DNA of 63,546 nucleotides from a virus (Duplodnaviria; Caudoviricetes): positions 1 through 63,546 of the IMG/VR virus record IMGVR_UViG_3300020122_000568. One strand, 5' to 3'. The notes beneath the pieces are model-generated. The model had not been told where the DNA came from. It saw only the letters and a list, made by a program, of their open reading frames with translations, and ran no database searches. Below, in pieces: positions 1 to 9,450 of this stretch. Positions within the stretch are counted from its first letter, which is position 1. Each line of letters begins with the position of its first letter. The position numbers were made by a program, and so were the translations under genes.

Positions 1-127
1 ACGGCCCCGACGACGTGGTGGGCGAGTTGGCGTGCAAGCTGATCGTGGTGAATCAGCGCTACCGCGACGCCGACCTGGACGAGGTCGACCGCTCGTGAGC
101 CAGGAATTGGCCATCGTATGGTGCGCG
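1..127. repeat. Terminal direct repeat (identical to 63420-63546); circular-assembly overlap
   Basis: First 127 nt are identical to the last 127 nt. Confidence 0.97.
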
Positions 128-246
128 AATCCGCGTTGCGTTCGCTGTTTCGTGGCGCGGCGTGGCCGTTCGTATTGCAGTAGCGCTTGCTCGCATGCCG
201 TGAATGACCATCGCCGATGGGTCAAGAGCAAGGGCAAGGTCCGCTC

Positions 247-567
247 GTGAGCCGCGCTGAGATTGTGCGCGCGCACTTGGAGCAAGCCGTCGAGGCGGTG
301 CTCGTCCTGCGTTCGATTGGCGCGTGGACGGTGACGCCGATTGCCGGCGAGGCGGGCGACGTGGACCTCGGCTATCGCGCCGAGTCCGAGTTGCAGACGT
401 TCGAGTCGCTGGGCGGGGAAAGGCGACTTGCGCATGCGGACATGGTCGACGGCCACGTGCGCGTGATCTCGACGGTGACACTGGTGATTGGACGAACGCG
501 GTTCATCGCGTCGCGCGAGGACGTCATGCCGCGCCCCGAGTTCGAGCGGCGCATGAGGGTCGCATGA
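247..567 (+). CDS. Hypothetical phage protein
   Basis: ORF with GTG start overlapping the upstream TGA, in a tightly packed early operon. Confidence 0.55.
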   Translation: MSRAEIVRAHLEQAVEAVLVLRSIGAWTVTPIAGEAGDVDLGYRAESELQTFESLGGERRLAHADMVDGHVRVISTVTLVIGRTRFIASREDVMPRPEFERRMRVA

Positions 568-834
568 CGGGCGAGGAGACGCGCGTGGAGCGCCCGCTGC
601 AGCTGACGCCGCTGGTGCCCGAGAAGGAGCCGGCGACGCCCGCGTGGTGGCGATGGGTCGAGCAGGAGTTGGCGGCGCAGGGATACGGGGAGGAGGCGCG
701 CACATGCTGATCGCGGGTCCGTTACACGAAGTCTACTGGGGCATGTTCCGCGCTCGGTACGTCTCGCCGGTGCTGGCGCGAGTCGTGCGCTGGTCGTGGG
801 TCGCTGGGCTGTTCATCTGAGAGGGGGCCGCCAC

Positions 835-2076
835 ATGAAACGCATCGAATCACTGACGGAAGCGCAGGTTGCGCGACTCGACGAGTTCCGCGACAAGTGG
901 CTCGCCATCGGGTTGTCGACGGCGCCGGCCGATCGCGTGGAGGCCGAACGCGGCGTCGAGCTCGCATATCGCGCCGCCGGTCTCGAACCGCCGCGCATTC
1001 GCATCTGGCTCCGTTCCCCGCTCGAGGGAATTATTGGAGCGGCCTACCTCGCCGAAATTTCGCGGCGTATCAAAGAGGCTCCGAAGTCAGCACGAAAGGC
1101 CACGCCGCGAAATTTCGGCGAGCCGGTAAAGGCCAAAGTCAGGGACCAAGTCGGGGACCAAGTCAGGGACCAAGTCAGGGCCCAAGTCAGGGCCCAAGTC
1201 TGGGACCAAGTCGGGGCCCAAGTCAGGGCCCAAGTCGGGGACCAAGTCGGGGACCAAGTCGGGGACCAAGTCAGGGACCAAGTCAGGGCCCAAGTCGGGG
1301 ACCAAGTCGGGGCCCAAGTCGGGGACCAAGTCGGGGCCCAAGTCGGGGCCAAAGTCAGGGACCAAGTCGGGGACCAAGTCGGGGCCCAAGTCTGGGCCCA
1401 AGTCAGGGCCCAAGTCAGGGACCAAGTCAGGGCCCAAGTCAGGGCCCAAGTCTCGAATGCCTGCTTCGGACAGCACGAAGCAGGCTGGGCGAGTTTCTAT
1501 GATTTCTTCGGCAGCGCTTGCGGGCTCGCCGCCGTAGATCGACTCGCCGGACTCACGGCTATCACGCGCGCGGCGGGGTGGTGGTGGCCGTTCCGCGGCG
1601 CGGTCATCTTGACCGAACGACCATGTTTTATTGCGCGCGACGACCGCGGTCGACTGCACTCCGAGACTCGGCAGGCGATCGAATATCCCGACGGCTGGGG
1701 AATCCACGCGTGGCACGGGACGCGTGTGCCGGCGGAGTGGATCACGAATCGCGACAAGATCGACCCGTCGACGGCGCTGACGTGGGCCAATATCGAGCAG
1801 CGACGGGCGGCGGCCGAGATCATCGGGTGGAAGCGCGTCTTGGAGCAGTTGCCGTCGAAGGTCATCGACGCTGACAGTGACCCCGAGATCGGGACGCTCA
1901 TCGAAGTGAACCTTCCCGATGCTGGCCCCGCGAGGTTCCTTCAGGTGCGTTGCGGAACCGGCCGCACGTTCGTTCTTCCTGTGCCCCGAGAAATGCGCAC
2001 CGCCGTCGAGGCGAACGCGTGGACGTATCCGACGATGACACCGCAACGAATCAGAACATTGGAGGCTCGCACATGA
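835..2076 (+). CDS. DUF6745-like protein with central tetrapeptide repeat
   Basis: N-term WLAIGLSTAPADR, C-term GWWWPF..VILTERP..RLH..AIEYPDGWG..AWHG..NIEQRR motifs; ATG at 835. Confidence 0.8.
   Translation: MKRIESLTEAQVARLDEFRDKWLAIGLSTAPADRVEAERGVELAYRAAGLEPPRIRIWLRSPLEGIIGAAYLAEISRRIKEAPKSARKATPRNFGEPVKAKVRDQVGDQVRDQVRAQVRAQVWDQVGAQVRAQVGDQVGDQVGDQVRDQVRAQVGDQVGAQVGDQVGAQVGAKVRDQVGDQVGAQVWAQVRAQVRDQVRAQVRAQVSNACFGQHEAGWASFYDFFGSACGLAAVDRLAGLTAITRAAGWWWPFRGAVILTERPCFIARDDRGRLHSETRQAIEYPDGWGIHAWHGTRVPAEWITNRDKIDPSTALTWANIEQRRAAAEIIGWKRVLEQLPSKVIDADSDPEIGTLIEVNLPDAGPARFLQVRCGTGRTFVLPVPREMRTAVEANAWTYPTMTPQRIRTLEART
1141..1452 (+). repeat. 12-bp coding tandem repeat, 26 units of (A/G/T)GGG(A/C)CCAAGTC encoding [R/G/W][D/A]QV
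   Basis: Read directly from the sequence. Confidence 0.95.
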
Positions 2077-2432
2077 AAGAGATCAAGAAGAGCGGCGCGC
2101 AAGGTGACGTGATTTTCCGTCGCGTGAAGGCGCTTCCCAATGGAGTCGTCGAGAAGAAGATCGAGGGCGAGATCATCGTCGCCCACTCCGAGACCGGCCA
2201 TCACCACGTCGCCGAGAGCCCGGGCGAGGTCGCCTTCTTCTCGACCAAAGATCCGCTGGTGTCGTATCTGCGCGTGAAGGGCGAGTACGCGGACATCGTG
2301 CACCACCGCCCTTGGGATACGCACGAGACGCTGCGGCTGCTGAGCGACGGGACGGGCGAAGGCGAGACGATTTGGGAGATCGGACGCCAGCGCGAATGGA
2401 CTCCCGAAGGCTACCGGATCGTCGCCGACTGA
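2073..2432 (+). CDS. Small conserved phage protein (QGDV / HSETGHHH motifs), partner of the DUF6745-like gene
   Basis: ATGA overlap with upstream gene, RBS GGAGG, His-rich motifs. Confidence 0.75.
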   Translation: MKEIKKSGAQGDVIFRRVKALPNGVVEKKIEGEIIVAHSETGHHHVAESPGEVAFFSTKDPLVSYLRVKGEYADIVHHRPWDTHETLRLLSDGTGEGETIWEIGRQREWTPEGYRIVAD

Positions 2433-2492
2433 TCGACGCCGCGGCGCCTCAGCGCGTGAATCTGAGGCAATCGCAACCAGGGGAGTTACGCA

Positions 2493-2711
2493 ATGCAGGC
2501 CAAGGTCATCGACGCCGCCGATCGTTTCGCGCAACGCCGTGCTGCGCATCGTGCAGCCGTCGGCTTCGACTACTACGATGCGGGCGAGCGCAAACGGCGG
2601 CGCTGGGACCGAGTCTTCGCGTACGCCGGCGCGACGCTGGCCGCGGTCTCCATCGGCGTCGGGTTCGCGATCGTTTTCGGGTCGAAGGTGCTCGACGCGG
2701 TGCTGCCGTGA
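2493..2711 (+). CDS. Hypothetical membrane protein
   Basis: RBS GGGGAG; C-terminal hydrophobic helix. Confidence 0.6.
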   Translation: MQAKVIDAADRFAQRRAAHRAAVGFDYYDAGERKRRRWDRVFAYAGATLAAVSIGVGFAIVFGSKVLDAVLP

Positions 2712-3343
2712 GCGCCGTGGCGGCGAAGGAGGCCGTGCGTGAGCGGCCGATCATTTTCTCGGGAGCGATGGTGCGCGCGATCCTCGCCGGCACCAAGACG
2801 CAAACGCGCCGAATCGTCAAGCCGCAACCTGCATGGACCGATATCTCGCCGGCCCTACTCGCGCGGTGCCCGTACGGAACGCCCGGCGATCGGCTGTGGG
2901 TGCGCGAGACGTGGAGAACAATGGAGCGAGAGGAGGACATGGTCGATGGCGTGCGTTTTCTCGCCGACGCCGCCTTCGTTCCGATCGAGAACACTCGCCA
3001 AGCAGCCGACGCATGGGTGGCAGCCCACGCCAATGGCAAGCACGGCGTGTCGTTCCGTCCATCGATCCACATGCCGCGGTGGGCCTCGCGCATCGACCTC
3101 GAAATCACACGCGTGCGCATTCAGCGGCTGCAGGAGATCAGCGAGGAGGACGCACGCGCCGAGGGTGTCGACGAACTCGAAGTGAAGGTTACCGAGGTCA
3201 ACGGGAAACCGGCCGGCGGCGGCATCGTGCTCGACGCGCCACGTGTTCGCTTCTGCGCGCTGTGGAAGCACATCAACGGCAGTGACTCGTGGCCGTCGAA
3301 TCCGGTTGTCTGGGTGCTCGACTTCAAGCGCGTGCGCCCGTGA
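2708..3343 (+). CDS. ASCH/PUA-like phage protein
   Basis: ERPIIFSGAMVRAILAGTKTQTRR...GDRLWVRETW...PSIHMPRWASRI..LQEISEEDARAEG..NPVVWV signature. Confidence 0.8.
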   Translation: MSAVAAKEAVRERPIIFSGAMVRAILAGTKTQTRRIVKPQPAWTDISPALLARCPYGTPGDRLWVRETWRTMEREEDMVDGVRFLADAAFVPIENTRQAADAWVAAHANGKHGVSFRPSIHMPRWASRIDLEITRVRIQRLQEISEEDARAEGVDELEVKVTEVNGKPAGGGIVLDAPRVRFCALWKHINGSDSWPSNPVVWVLDFKRVRP

Positions 3344-3491
3344 GCGCGCTCGATCGCGACGAGCACGGCGCCATCACCGGCCCGTATCGCCACAAGCGCG
3401 CGCTCGCATACGAGGACAAGGTCGTGCTGGTCATGGTTGTCGCGGGCGTGCTGACGGCGGGCGCGCTGGCGTGGCTCGTGAGGCTGTTCTA

Positions 3492-4403
3492 GTGGCGGCG
3501 GCATTGCTCGCGACAAGGAGGCGCGATCCCGATATCCGGTGCGACAGCATCGACGCGTGGCTAGAGGCGCGCATCAGCATCGGTATCGGCGGCAGTGAGT
3601 CGGCGGCGCTGTTCACCGATGAGCGCGGTCATTCACGCAGTCCGTTCAAGAGCGCGTACCGACTGTGGCAGGAGAAGCGGCGCCTGGTGCCGTCGTCGTC
3701 GTCCGAGACCGAGTGGATGTATTGGGGCAAGCGCTTCGAGGAGCCCATCGCACGGCATTTCGCCGACGTCTCTCGTGCGCAGGTGGTCGACCCCGGTGCT
3801 TACTCGATCTTCCGCCATCGCACGGCGCCGCTGTTCGTGACGCCCGACCGCTTCATCGTCGAGGGCGACGTGCTGATTCCGCTGTCGGTCAAGAACGTGT
3901 CGCAGTGGAAGGCTGACGAATGGGCCGGCGAGGAGTGCCCGTTCTTCTACTGGGTGCAGCTGCAGCAGGAGATGGACGTGATCGAGGCGCCACGCGGGAC
4001 GATTGCGGCGCTCATCGGCGGCAACCACTTCGTGCGCCGCGACTTCGAGCGCGACGACGAGTTCCTGTCGGTGCTGCACGACAAGACGACGTCGTTTTGG
4101 GACGGGCATGTGCTGACAGGCGTGCCGCCACACGTGGACGCCAGCGAGTCGACGACGGATGGGTTGAAGCGAGCGCACGTGCGCGACGACGGGCGCGTGA
4201 TCGAGTTGCCGCCCGAGGCGCTGGAGTGGACAACGGCCATCCGCGAGGCGCGCGCGGCAGCCGAAGCGGAAGAACTGAATCGCAATCGCATTCGGCAGGC
4301 GATGGGGTCGGCAGCGGTCGGGCGCATGAGCGACGGCTCCGAGTGGAGATGGAGCGGTGAGCCGCGCCGGCTGCGGCATTTCAAGCCCAAGGGCAAGAGG
4401 TGA
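3492..4403 (+). CDS. YqaJ-like viral recombinase exonuclease
   Basis: WLEAR..GIGGSE..SAYRLWQEK..WGKRFE..TPDR..QLQQEM motifs; adjacent to recT; start uncertain. Confidence 0.85.
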   Translation: MAAALLATRRRDPDIRCDSIDAWLEARISIGIGGSESAALFTDERGHSRSPFKSAYRLWQEKRRLVPSSSSETEWMYWGKRFEEPIARHFADVSRAQVVDPGAYSIFRHRTAPLFVTPDRFIVEGDVLIPLSVKNVSQWKADEWAGEECPFFYWVQLQQEMDVIEAPRGTIAALIGGNHFVRRDFERDDEFLSVLHDKTTSFWDGHVLTGVPPHVDASESTTDGLKRAHVRDDGRVIELPPEALEWTTAIREARAAAEAEELNRNRIRQAMGSAAVGRMSDGSEWRWSGEPRRLRHFKPKGKR

Positions 4404-4405
4404 AC

Positions 4406-5404
4406 ATGGCGACGACGACGACAGCAATCGAGAAGAAGCGTGAGCCGACGGCGATCGAGCAAATCGGCCAGATGCTCGAGGAGCGCAAGTCCAAGCTGGC
4501 GAAGGTGCTCCCGAAGCACATCTCAGCCGATCGCCTGGTGCGCGTCGCGCTGCTGGCGATGGCGCGCAATCCCGACCTGCTGCTCTGCACGCAGGCGTCG
4601 ATTGCGATCGCGGTCGAGCAGGCTGCCCAGTATGGGCTGGAGCCCGGTGGCCCGCTCGGCGACGCGTACCTCGTGCCGTATCGCAATAACAAGCTCGCCG
4701 AGAAGGCCAAGCGCGAAGGCCGGGGCCCGACGCACGAGTGTCAATTGATCCTCGGCTACCAGGGAATGATCTCGCTCGCGCGCCGGTCGGGGGAGATCGC
4801 CAAGATCGAATCCCGCATCGTCCGCGCCGTCGACGAGTTCGACTACCAGTACGGCGACGCTCCGTATCTGCGCCACAAGCCGGCGCCTGGGGATGACGAG
4901 GAGCGCGGCGAGCTCGTGGGCGCCTACGCGGTGGCGACCCTGCGCGACGGCACGAAGCAGTTCGAGGTCATGACCTACCAGCAACTCACCAAGATTCGCG
5001 ATCGCTCGCGTGCGTCCGATAACGGCCCGTGGAGAACCGACTTCGAGGAGATGGCGCGAAAGACGGTCGTGCGGCGCTTGTTCAAGTACCTGCCGAAGTC
5101 GGTCGACATGCGCACGCAGTTGGACCGCGAGGACAACGCGGAGGCGGGAATCTTCGAGGACGCGAGCGGCGGCGAGATCATCGACGGATCGATCGTGGAG
5201 CAGCGCAACACGTTGTCGAGCATCGTCGAGGCGGAGAAGAAGAAGGCGCGTGGGACGAAGTCGGAGTCGCGCGGCAAGGTCGCCGATATGCCGGCGAGCG
5301 AGACCGTCATCGACACGCGCGACCATGCGCCGAACTGCGCGACGCGGGCGCCCGACCCGGGGCCGTGCACGTGCAGCGATGACGACGGCGACGTAGCAGC
5401 GTAA
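4406..5404 (+). CDS. recT: RecT single-strand annealing protein
   Basis: GLEP..LGDAYLVPY..CQLILGYQGMISLARRSG..GPWRTDFEEMARKTVVRRLFKYLPKS. Confidence 0.93.
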   Translation: MATTTTAIEKKREPTAIEQIGQMLEERKSKLAKVLPKHISADRLVRVALLAMARNPDLLLCTQASIAIAVEQAAQYGLEPGGPLGDAYLVPYRNNKLAEKAKREGRGPTHECQLILGYQGMISLARRSGEIAKIESRIVRAVDEFDYQYGDAPYLRHKPAPGDDEERGELVGAYAVATLRDGTKQFEVMTYQQLTKIRDRSRASDNGPWRTDFEEMARKTVVRRLFKYLPKSVDMRTQLDREDNAEAGIFEDASGGEIIDGSIVEQRNTLSSIVEAEKKKARGTKSESRGKVADMPASETVIDTRDHAPNCATRAPDPGPCTCSDDDGDVAA

Positions 5405-5724
5405 GGTGAGGGTGTTCGACGGCTGCGGCGGGGCGAGATGACCCGCGGTGGAGTGATCAACCGGGCCAACCCCAGGGCCCCGCACGTTGAAGCCGACGAG
5501 GGTGGGTCCTCGTCAAGCCGGGGCAGGACCGGCCAGCCGTCCCGAAGGAAAGGAGGTGGACGATGCGCCATTCCGGGTAAATCCGGGCGTGCCTGGTAGC
5601 GGCACGGGCGACGACGGAAGCACAAACGAAGCAGAGAGGCACTTCGTGTGTCCCTCCTCCGATGCGGCACTGACGTGCCGCCGTGGCTCGCGGGGAACCT
5701 GCGTCAAGGGTGCCCGCACTTTAC
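5401..5724 (+). ncRNA. Putative large structured non-coding RNA (unknown class)
   Basis: Intergenic; closing stem 5401-5417/5708-5724 and at least 7 nested stems; strand assumed from operon direction and G-U pairs. Confidence 0.5.
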
Positions 5725-5735
5725 CGAGGAGTCCA

Positions 5736-5918
5736 ATGGAAGCACCACCGAACGAGTACATGGTCGGCATCGCGGGCGACAAGATCGTGATCATGATGCA
5801 GCCGCGCGCGCCGATGACGCGCAAGCAGGCGCTGGGGCTCGCGGCGTGGCTGGTCGCAATCGCCGATCCCACCGTGGATGATTTCTCGAACATGCTCGCC
5901 GCGGTGCTCGACTCATGA
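5736..5918 (+). CDS. Hypothetical protein
   Basis: RBS GAGGAG before ATG. Confidence 0.6.
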   Translation: MEAPPNEYMVGIAGDKIVIMMQPRAPMTRKQALGLAAWLVAIADPTVDDFSNMLAAVLDS

Positions 5919-6060
5919 GGGCCGATCGAGTCGTCCTCGCGCTGCAGTTCTTCGTCGACGCCATGGTCGTGTCCGCGTGGCTCGTCGGCGTCGCGCTGGG
6001 CGTGTGGGAGTACCAGGAGCCCGACGACTACGACGACGTCGGCATCTTCGGAGCGTACAC

Positions 6061-6507
6061 GTGAGCCGCGCGGATAAGACAATCCGCTTCCTAACGGCGC
6101 CCGCGCGCAAGCGAGTTGCGTCGAAGCGAACGCGAGCACAGGGCAAGACCTACGCCGACGTGATTGCGATTGTCGACGACGTCCACTACGAAGGCCACCG
6201 CTGGCGTCTCGGTCGCATGGGCACCGGCTTCTTCGTGCAGCTCGTCTATGACGAAGCCGACGTCGACACTGGCAAGGTCGAGCCGCAGCACGGCCGCAAG
6301 TGGTACGTGTCGCCGCACTCGACGCGCAGCGAGATCGTGCAGACGATGCTGCTGGCCGCGATCACGAGCGCCGAGCATCGCGTGCGCGAGCACTTCCGAT
6401 ATCGCAACGCGCGCGTGTTCATGCCGCACTTCAGCGTTGACGCCCTTGCGAGGCTGTCGTCGGCGATCGGCGGCAAAGATGTGCGTGCGCCGAAGGAGAA
6501 GCCGTGA
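6061..6507 (+). CDS. Conserved hypothetical phage protein (GRKWYVSPH motif)
   Basis: Overlapping start/stop; protein-like composition. Confidence 0.65.
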   Translation: MSRADKTIRFLTAPARKRVASKRTRAQGKTYADVIAIVDDVHYEGHRWRLGRMGTGFFVQLVYDEADVDTGKVEPQHGRKWYVSPHSTRSEIVQTMLLAAITSAEHRVREHFRYRNARVFMPHFSVDALARLSSAIGGKDVRAPKEKP

Positions 6508-7253
6508 CCTCGCGCCCTGCCACGTGGGCGGCAGAATGGACGATGGCCGAGGATGCGCTCGTACGCTCGCTGTACGCCGTCCAAGGCGCCAGGGCATGCG
6601 CGGATGCCCTGCCCGGTCGCAGCGTCACTGCTGTGATGAAGCGTGCGCGCAAACTCGGGCTCGCCACGCATCGACGGTGGACCGATCTCGACTACAAGCG
6701 CCTGCGCCTGCTGTGGGGCGATGGCTTGTCGCTGGAGACGATCGCGAAGAAGCTCGGGCGCACGCCGAAAACGACGTACTGGCGCGCGCAGCATCTGGGC
6801 CTGCCGTTGGGTTGTCCTCAGGGGTACGAGTATCTGACGGCGGCCAGCGAGCGCACGGGCTACGACAGGACATCGTTGCGCATCATCCTGCGATGGGCGG
6901 GCGTCGATGTCTATCGCGCCATCACGCGCGAGTCGAAGCCACGCGGCCGGCTGAAGCGGCACTCATTTCGCCACCATTACGTCGATCCCGATCGCGTCGA
7001 TGAAGCGGTCGCCGGATGGCTGCGCACCGAATGCGTCGAGGCGGCTGCGCGGCGTATCGGCGTGTGCGGTGAGACCATTCGACGGTGGCTGATTGATGCA
7101 GGGCATACGCCGCCGACGAAACCGAGGGCACGTTGGCGCGTGGAATCAGCGGAGATCGATCGCGTTGCTGCGGATGGGCTGCGGAGATTCGCCAAACATC
7201 GGCGACCACGCGTGCGAGGCGACCGCGGTAGGTTCGCGAAGGTGGCGGCATAA
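6504..7253 (+). CDS. Multi-HTH DNA-binding protein
   Basis: Repeated WT..E..L / IAKKLGRT Myb/HTH-like segments. Confidence 0.65.
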   Translation: MTSRPATWAAEWTMAEDALVRSLYAVQGARACADALPGRSVTAVMKRARKLGLATHRRWTDLDYKRLRLLWGDGLSLETIAKKLGRTPKTTYWRAQHLGLPLGCPQGYEYLTAASERTGYDRTSLRIILRWAGVDVYRAITRESKPRGRLKRHSFRHHYVDPDRVDEAVAGWLRTECVEAAARRIGVCGETIRRWLIDAGHTPPTKPRARWRVESAEIDRVAADGLRRFAKHRRPRVRGDRGRFAKVAA

Positions 7254-7636
7254 TGGCCACGCGTCGCCTCCCCGTCCTCCGTCGCGACTGCGCCCCCGGC
7301 GGCTCGCTGCACATACGCCCGTGCCCATTCGCGTCGTGCAAATGGCAGAACGAGGACGGCACGTGCGTGCTCGACATCGCCGACGACGGTGGCGCCACGC
7401 TGCACGAGGTCGGCGAGCACATCGGCGTCACGCGCGAACGGGTGCGGCAGATCGAAACGAACGCCTTGCGCAAGCTCGCACGGGCCGCGCGCAGGCATGG
7501 GCTGACGGTTGAGGACGTTCTCGGCATCAACCGGCCGCGGCATGCGCTGGATTTCGGCGCCAACACCGACAGCCGAGGGCGCGATCGATCGAAGTTGGCG
7601 GTGTATCGCGAGCGTTGGGAGCAGAAGCACGGATGA
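7253..7636 (+). CDS. Zn-finger + sigma-70 region 4 HTH protein
   Basis: [40 protein letters not shown]. Confidence 0.85.
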   Translation: MATRRLPVLRRDCAPGGSLHIRPCPFASCKWQNEDGTCVLDIADDGGATLHEVGEHIGVTRERVRQIETNALRKLARAARRHGLTVEDVLGINRPRHALDFGANTDSRGRDRSKLAVYRERWEQKHG

Positions 7637-8170
7637 GCCGCGCGCGCCGAAGCTTCGTGCCGCACTGCTGCTTCTGCTTCGCCTCTGAGGGTGAGGTCGA
7701 GTTGAAACGCGTGCGGAACGGCATCACGGGAACGGTCACGATCTGGTGCGTGGACGCTGCGGCGTGCAGGGAGAGGCAGGCGAGACAATGAGAGGCAGCG
7801 TGACACCCGCGGAACTAGCGGGCGAGATTGCGTCGGTCGTTTACGGAACGGACGACATCTGGTCCATCGAAGATGCTCGCTGGCTGGGGATCATCACGCT
7901 CGCGCTTGACGGCAAGACCGACGACGTTCGCGCAGCTGTCTGGAACATAGTCGAACGTCGCGCCGCCGCGAAGAGGCGGTGAAGCATGGCCGCCTGCGCC
8001 CACTGCGGCGAGCACCTGCGCTGCATCTGCCCGAAGGAGGAGGTCGACAAGACGCCGCACTGCTACGTCTGCGGCGCGAAGGTCCCGGGCACGAAGACGC
8101 ACTTGTGGATCATCGTCACTCCGTTCGTGTGCGCGGGATGCCGGCGGTTGCACTTTGTGGATGAGGCGGC

Positions 8171-8539
8171 GTGATGATCGAGATCGCCGCCAACGTCATG
8201 TACGACGAAGATGAACTCGTCGCCAAGCTCGGCCTGAGCCGTTCGTGGCTGCGGCGCACCGTCGGTGGCTTGCTGGCAGGGCGTAAGCGTGTGTACCGTG
8301 GCGCAGACCTCTTGGCGAGGATGCGCCCGTGCAGCACAAGAAACGCTTCACCGTCAGCGTCGAGCGGCGTGGGAAGTATTGGCAGGCCCGGGTCTACTTC
8401 GAGGGCGAAGGCGGGAACAGCCGGCGATTCTCTACCGGCGTCGCGATCGGAGAGCGGTGGCGGGAGTCTAAAAGAGCGGCTGAGAAGGTGGCGGACGAGC
8501 ACGCCGCGAAGCTCGCCAATCAAACATCGGTCGCAGTAG
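8171..8539 (+). CDS. Putative excisionase / HTH protein overlapping integrase
   Basis: YDEDELVAKLGLSRSWLRR winged-HTH-like N-terminus directly upstream of int. Confidence 0.55.
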   Translation: MMIEIAANVMYDEDELVAKLGLSRSWLRRTVGGLLAGRKRVYRGADLLARMRPCSTRNASPSASSGVGSIGRPGSTSRAKAGTAGDSLPASRSESGGGSLKERLRRWRTSTPRSSPIKHRSQ

Positions 8540-9450
8540 ATGCCGACAACGATCACTCGCTGGACGCTGTAGCCGAGCGCATGCTGCACCAGAAGATGGC
8601 CGATGGCCGACGCGATCGAGCTGTCGAATTCTTGGCGCAGACGATCGACAGCCACGCCAAGCCATTCTTCGGCGCCACGCGCGACGTGCGCACGATACGC
8701 CGGCGTGACCTCGAAGCGTTCAAGGGTGACCTGCGCTCCCAGGGATACGCGCCGACGACCATCAACAACGCGCTCACCGGCATTCGTCAGATCTTGAAGT
8801 TCGCGTACGAGGTCGAGGAATCGATCGAGGCGATTCCGATCGTAAAGAACGTCGAGGTCGACAAGCGCGGCAAGGGCAAGCCGATCACCCCCGAACAGGC
8901 GGCGCGCTTCATTCGTTCGTTCTTGCCGAACGAGCGCGAGGAGCGCGAGTTCAACCTCTTCTTGCTCAACACCGGCCTGCGCAAACACGAGTGCCTGGCC
9001 ATCCGGTGGGACTGGGTCGACTGGAAGGCGCGCGAGGTCAGCATCCCAGCCGAGGTGCGCAAAGGCGGCAAGCCGCAGCGCGTGCCGACGCAATTGAATG
9101 AGGTTGCGTTCGGCCTGTTGGAGCGCCGCCGAGCTCGTCCAGAGCAGCCGAGCAAGCAGCGCGTGTGGTGGCAGTTGAAGACGTACGACGATGCCAGGCG
9201 GCGCGCGGCCGCGAAGGCGGGCATCGCCGGATACCGGCATCACGACGCCAGGCACACGCGCGCGACGCAATTGGGCGCCGAGGGAGCGACCGCGATCGAC
9301 CTGCGCGACCAGATGGGCTGGTCGACGCTGGCGATGGTAAATCGTTACACGCACCCCGATAAGGCGCGCGCGAAGAAGATGGCTGACAGAGTTCAACTCG
9401 GCGCCAGCCCGTCACGTCGAACCCGTCACAGTGGCAAAAAAGATGAATAA
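8329..9450 (+). CDS. int: Tyrosine integrase
   Basis: TGLRKHE, HHDARHT, MGWST..RYTH catalytic motifs; N-terminal arm-binding-like region. Confidence 0.95.
   Translation: MQHKKRFTVSVERRGKYWQARVYFEGEGGNSRRFSTGVAIGERWRESKRAAEKVADEHAAKLANQTSVAVDADNDHSLDAVAERMLHQKMADGRRDRAVEFLAQTIDSHAKPFFGATRDVRTIRRRDLEAFKGDLRSQGYAPTTINNALTGIRQILKFAYEVEESIEAIPIVKNVEVDKRGKGKPITPEQAARFIRSFLPNEREEREFNLFLLNTGLRKHECLAIRWDWVDWKAREVSIPAEVRKGGKPQRVPTQLNEVAFGLLERRRARPEQPSKQRVWWQLKTYDDARRRAAAKAGIAGYRHHDARHTRATQLGAEGATAIDLRDQMGWSTLAMVNRYTHPDKARAKKMADRVQLGASPSRRTRHSGKKDE

Noticed and set aside
1-127. Biological terminal repeat of the virion DNA
   Set aside because: 127 nt equals a common assembler k-mer and lies within a gene; more likely a circular-assembly overlap
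1141-1452. CRISPR array or guide array
   Set aside because: In-frame 12-bp coding repeat with no spacers
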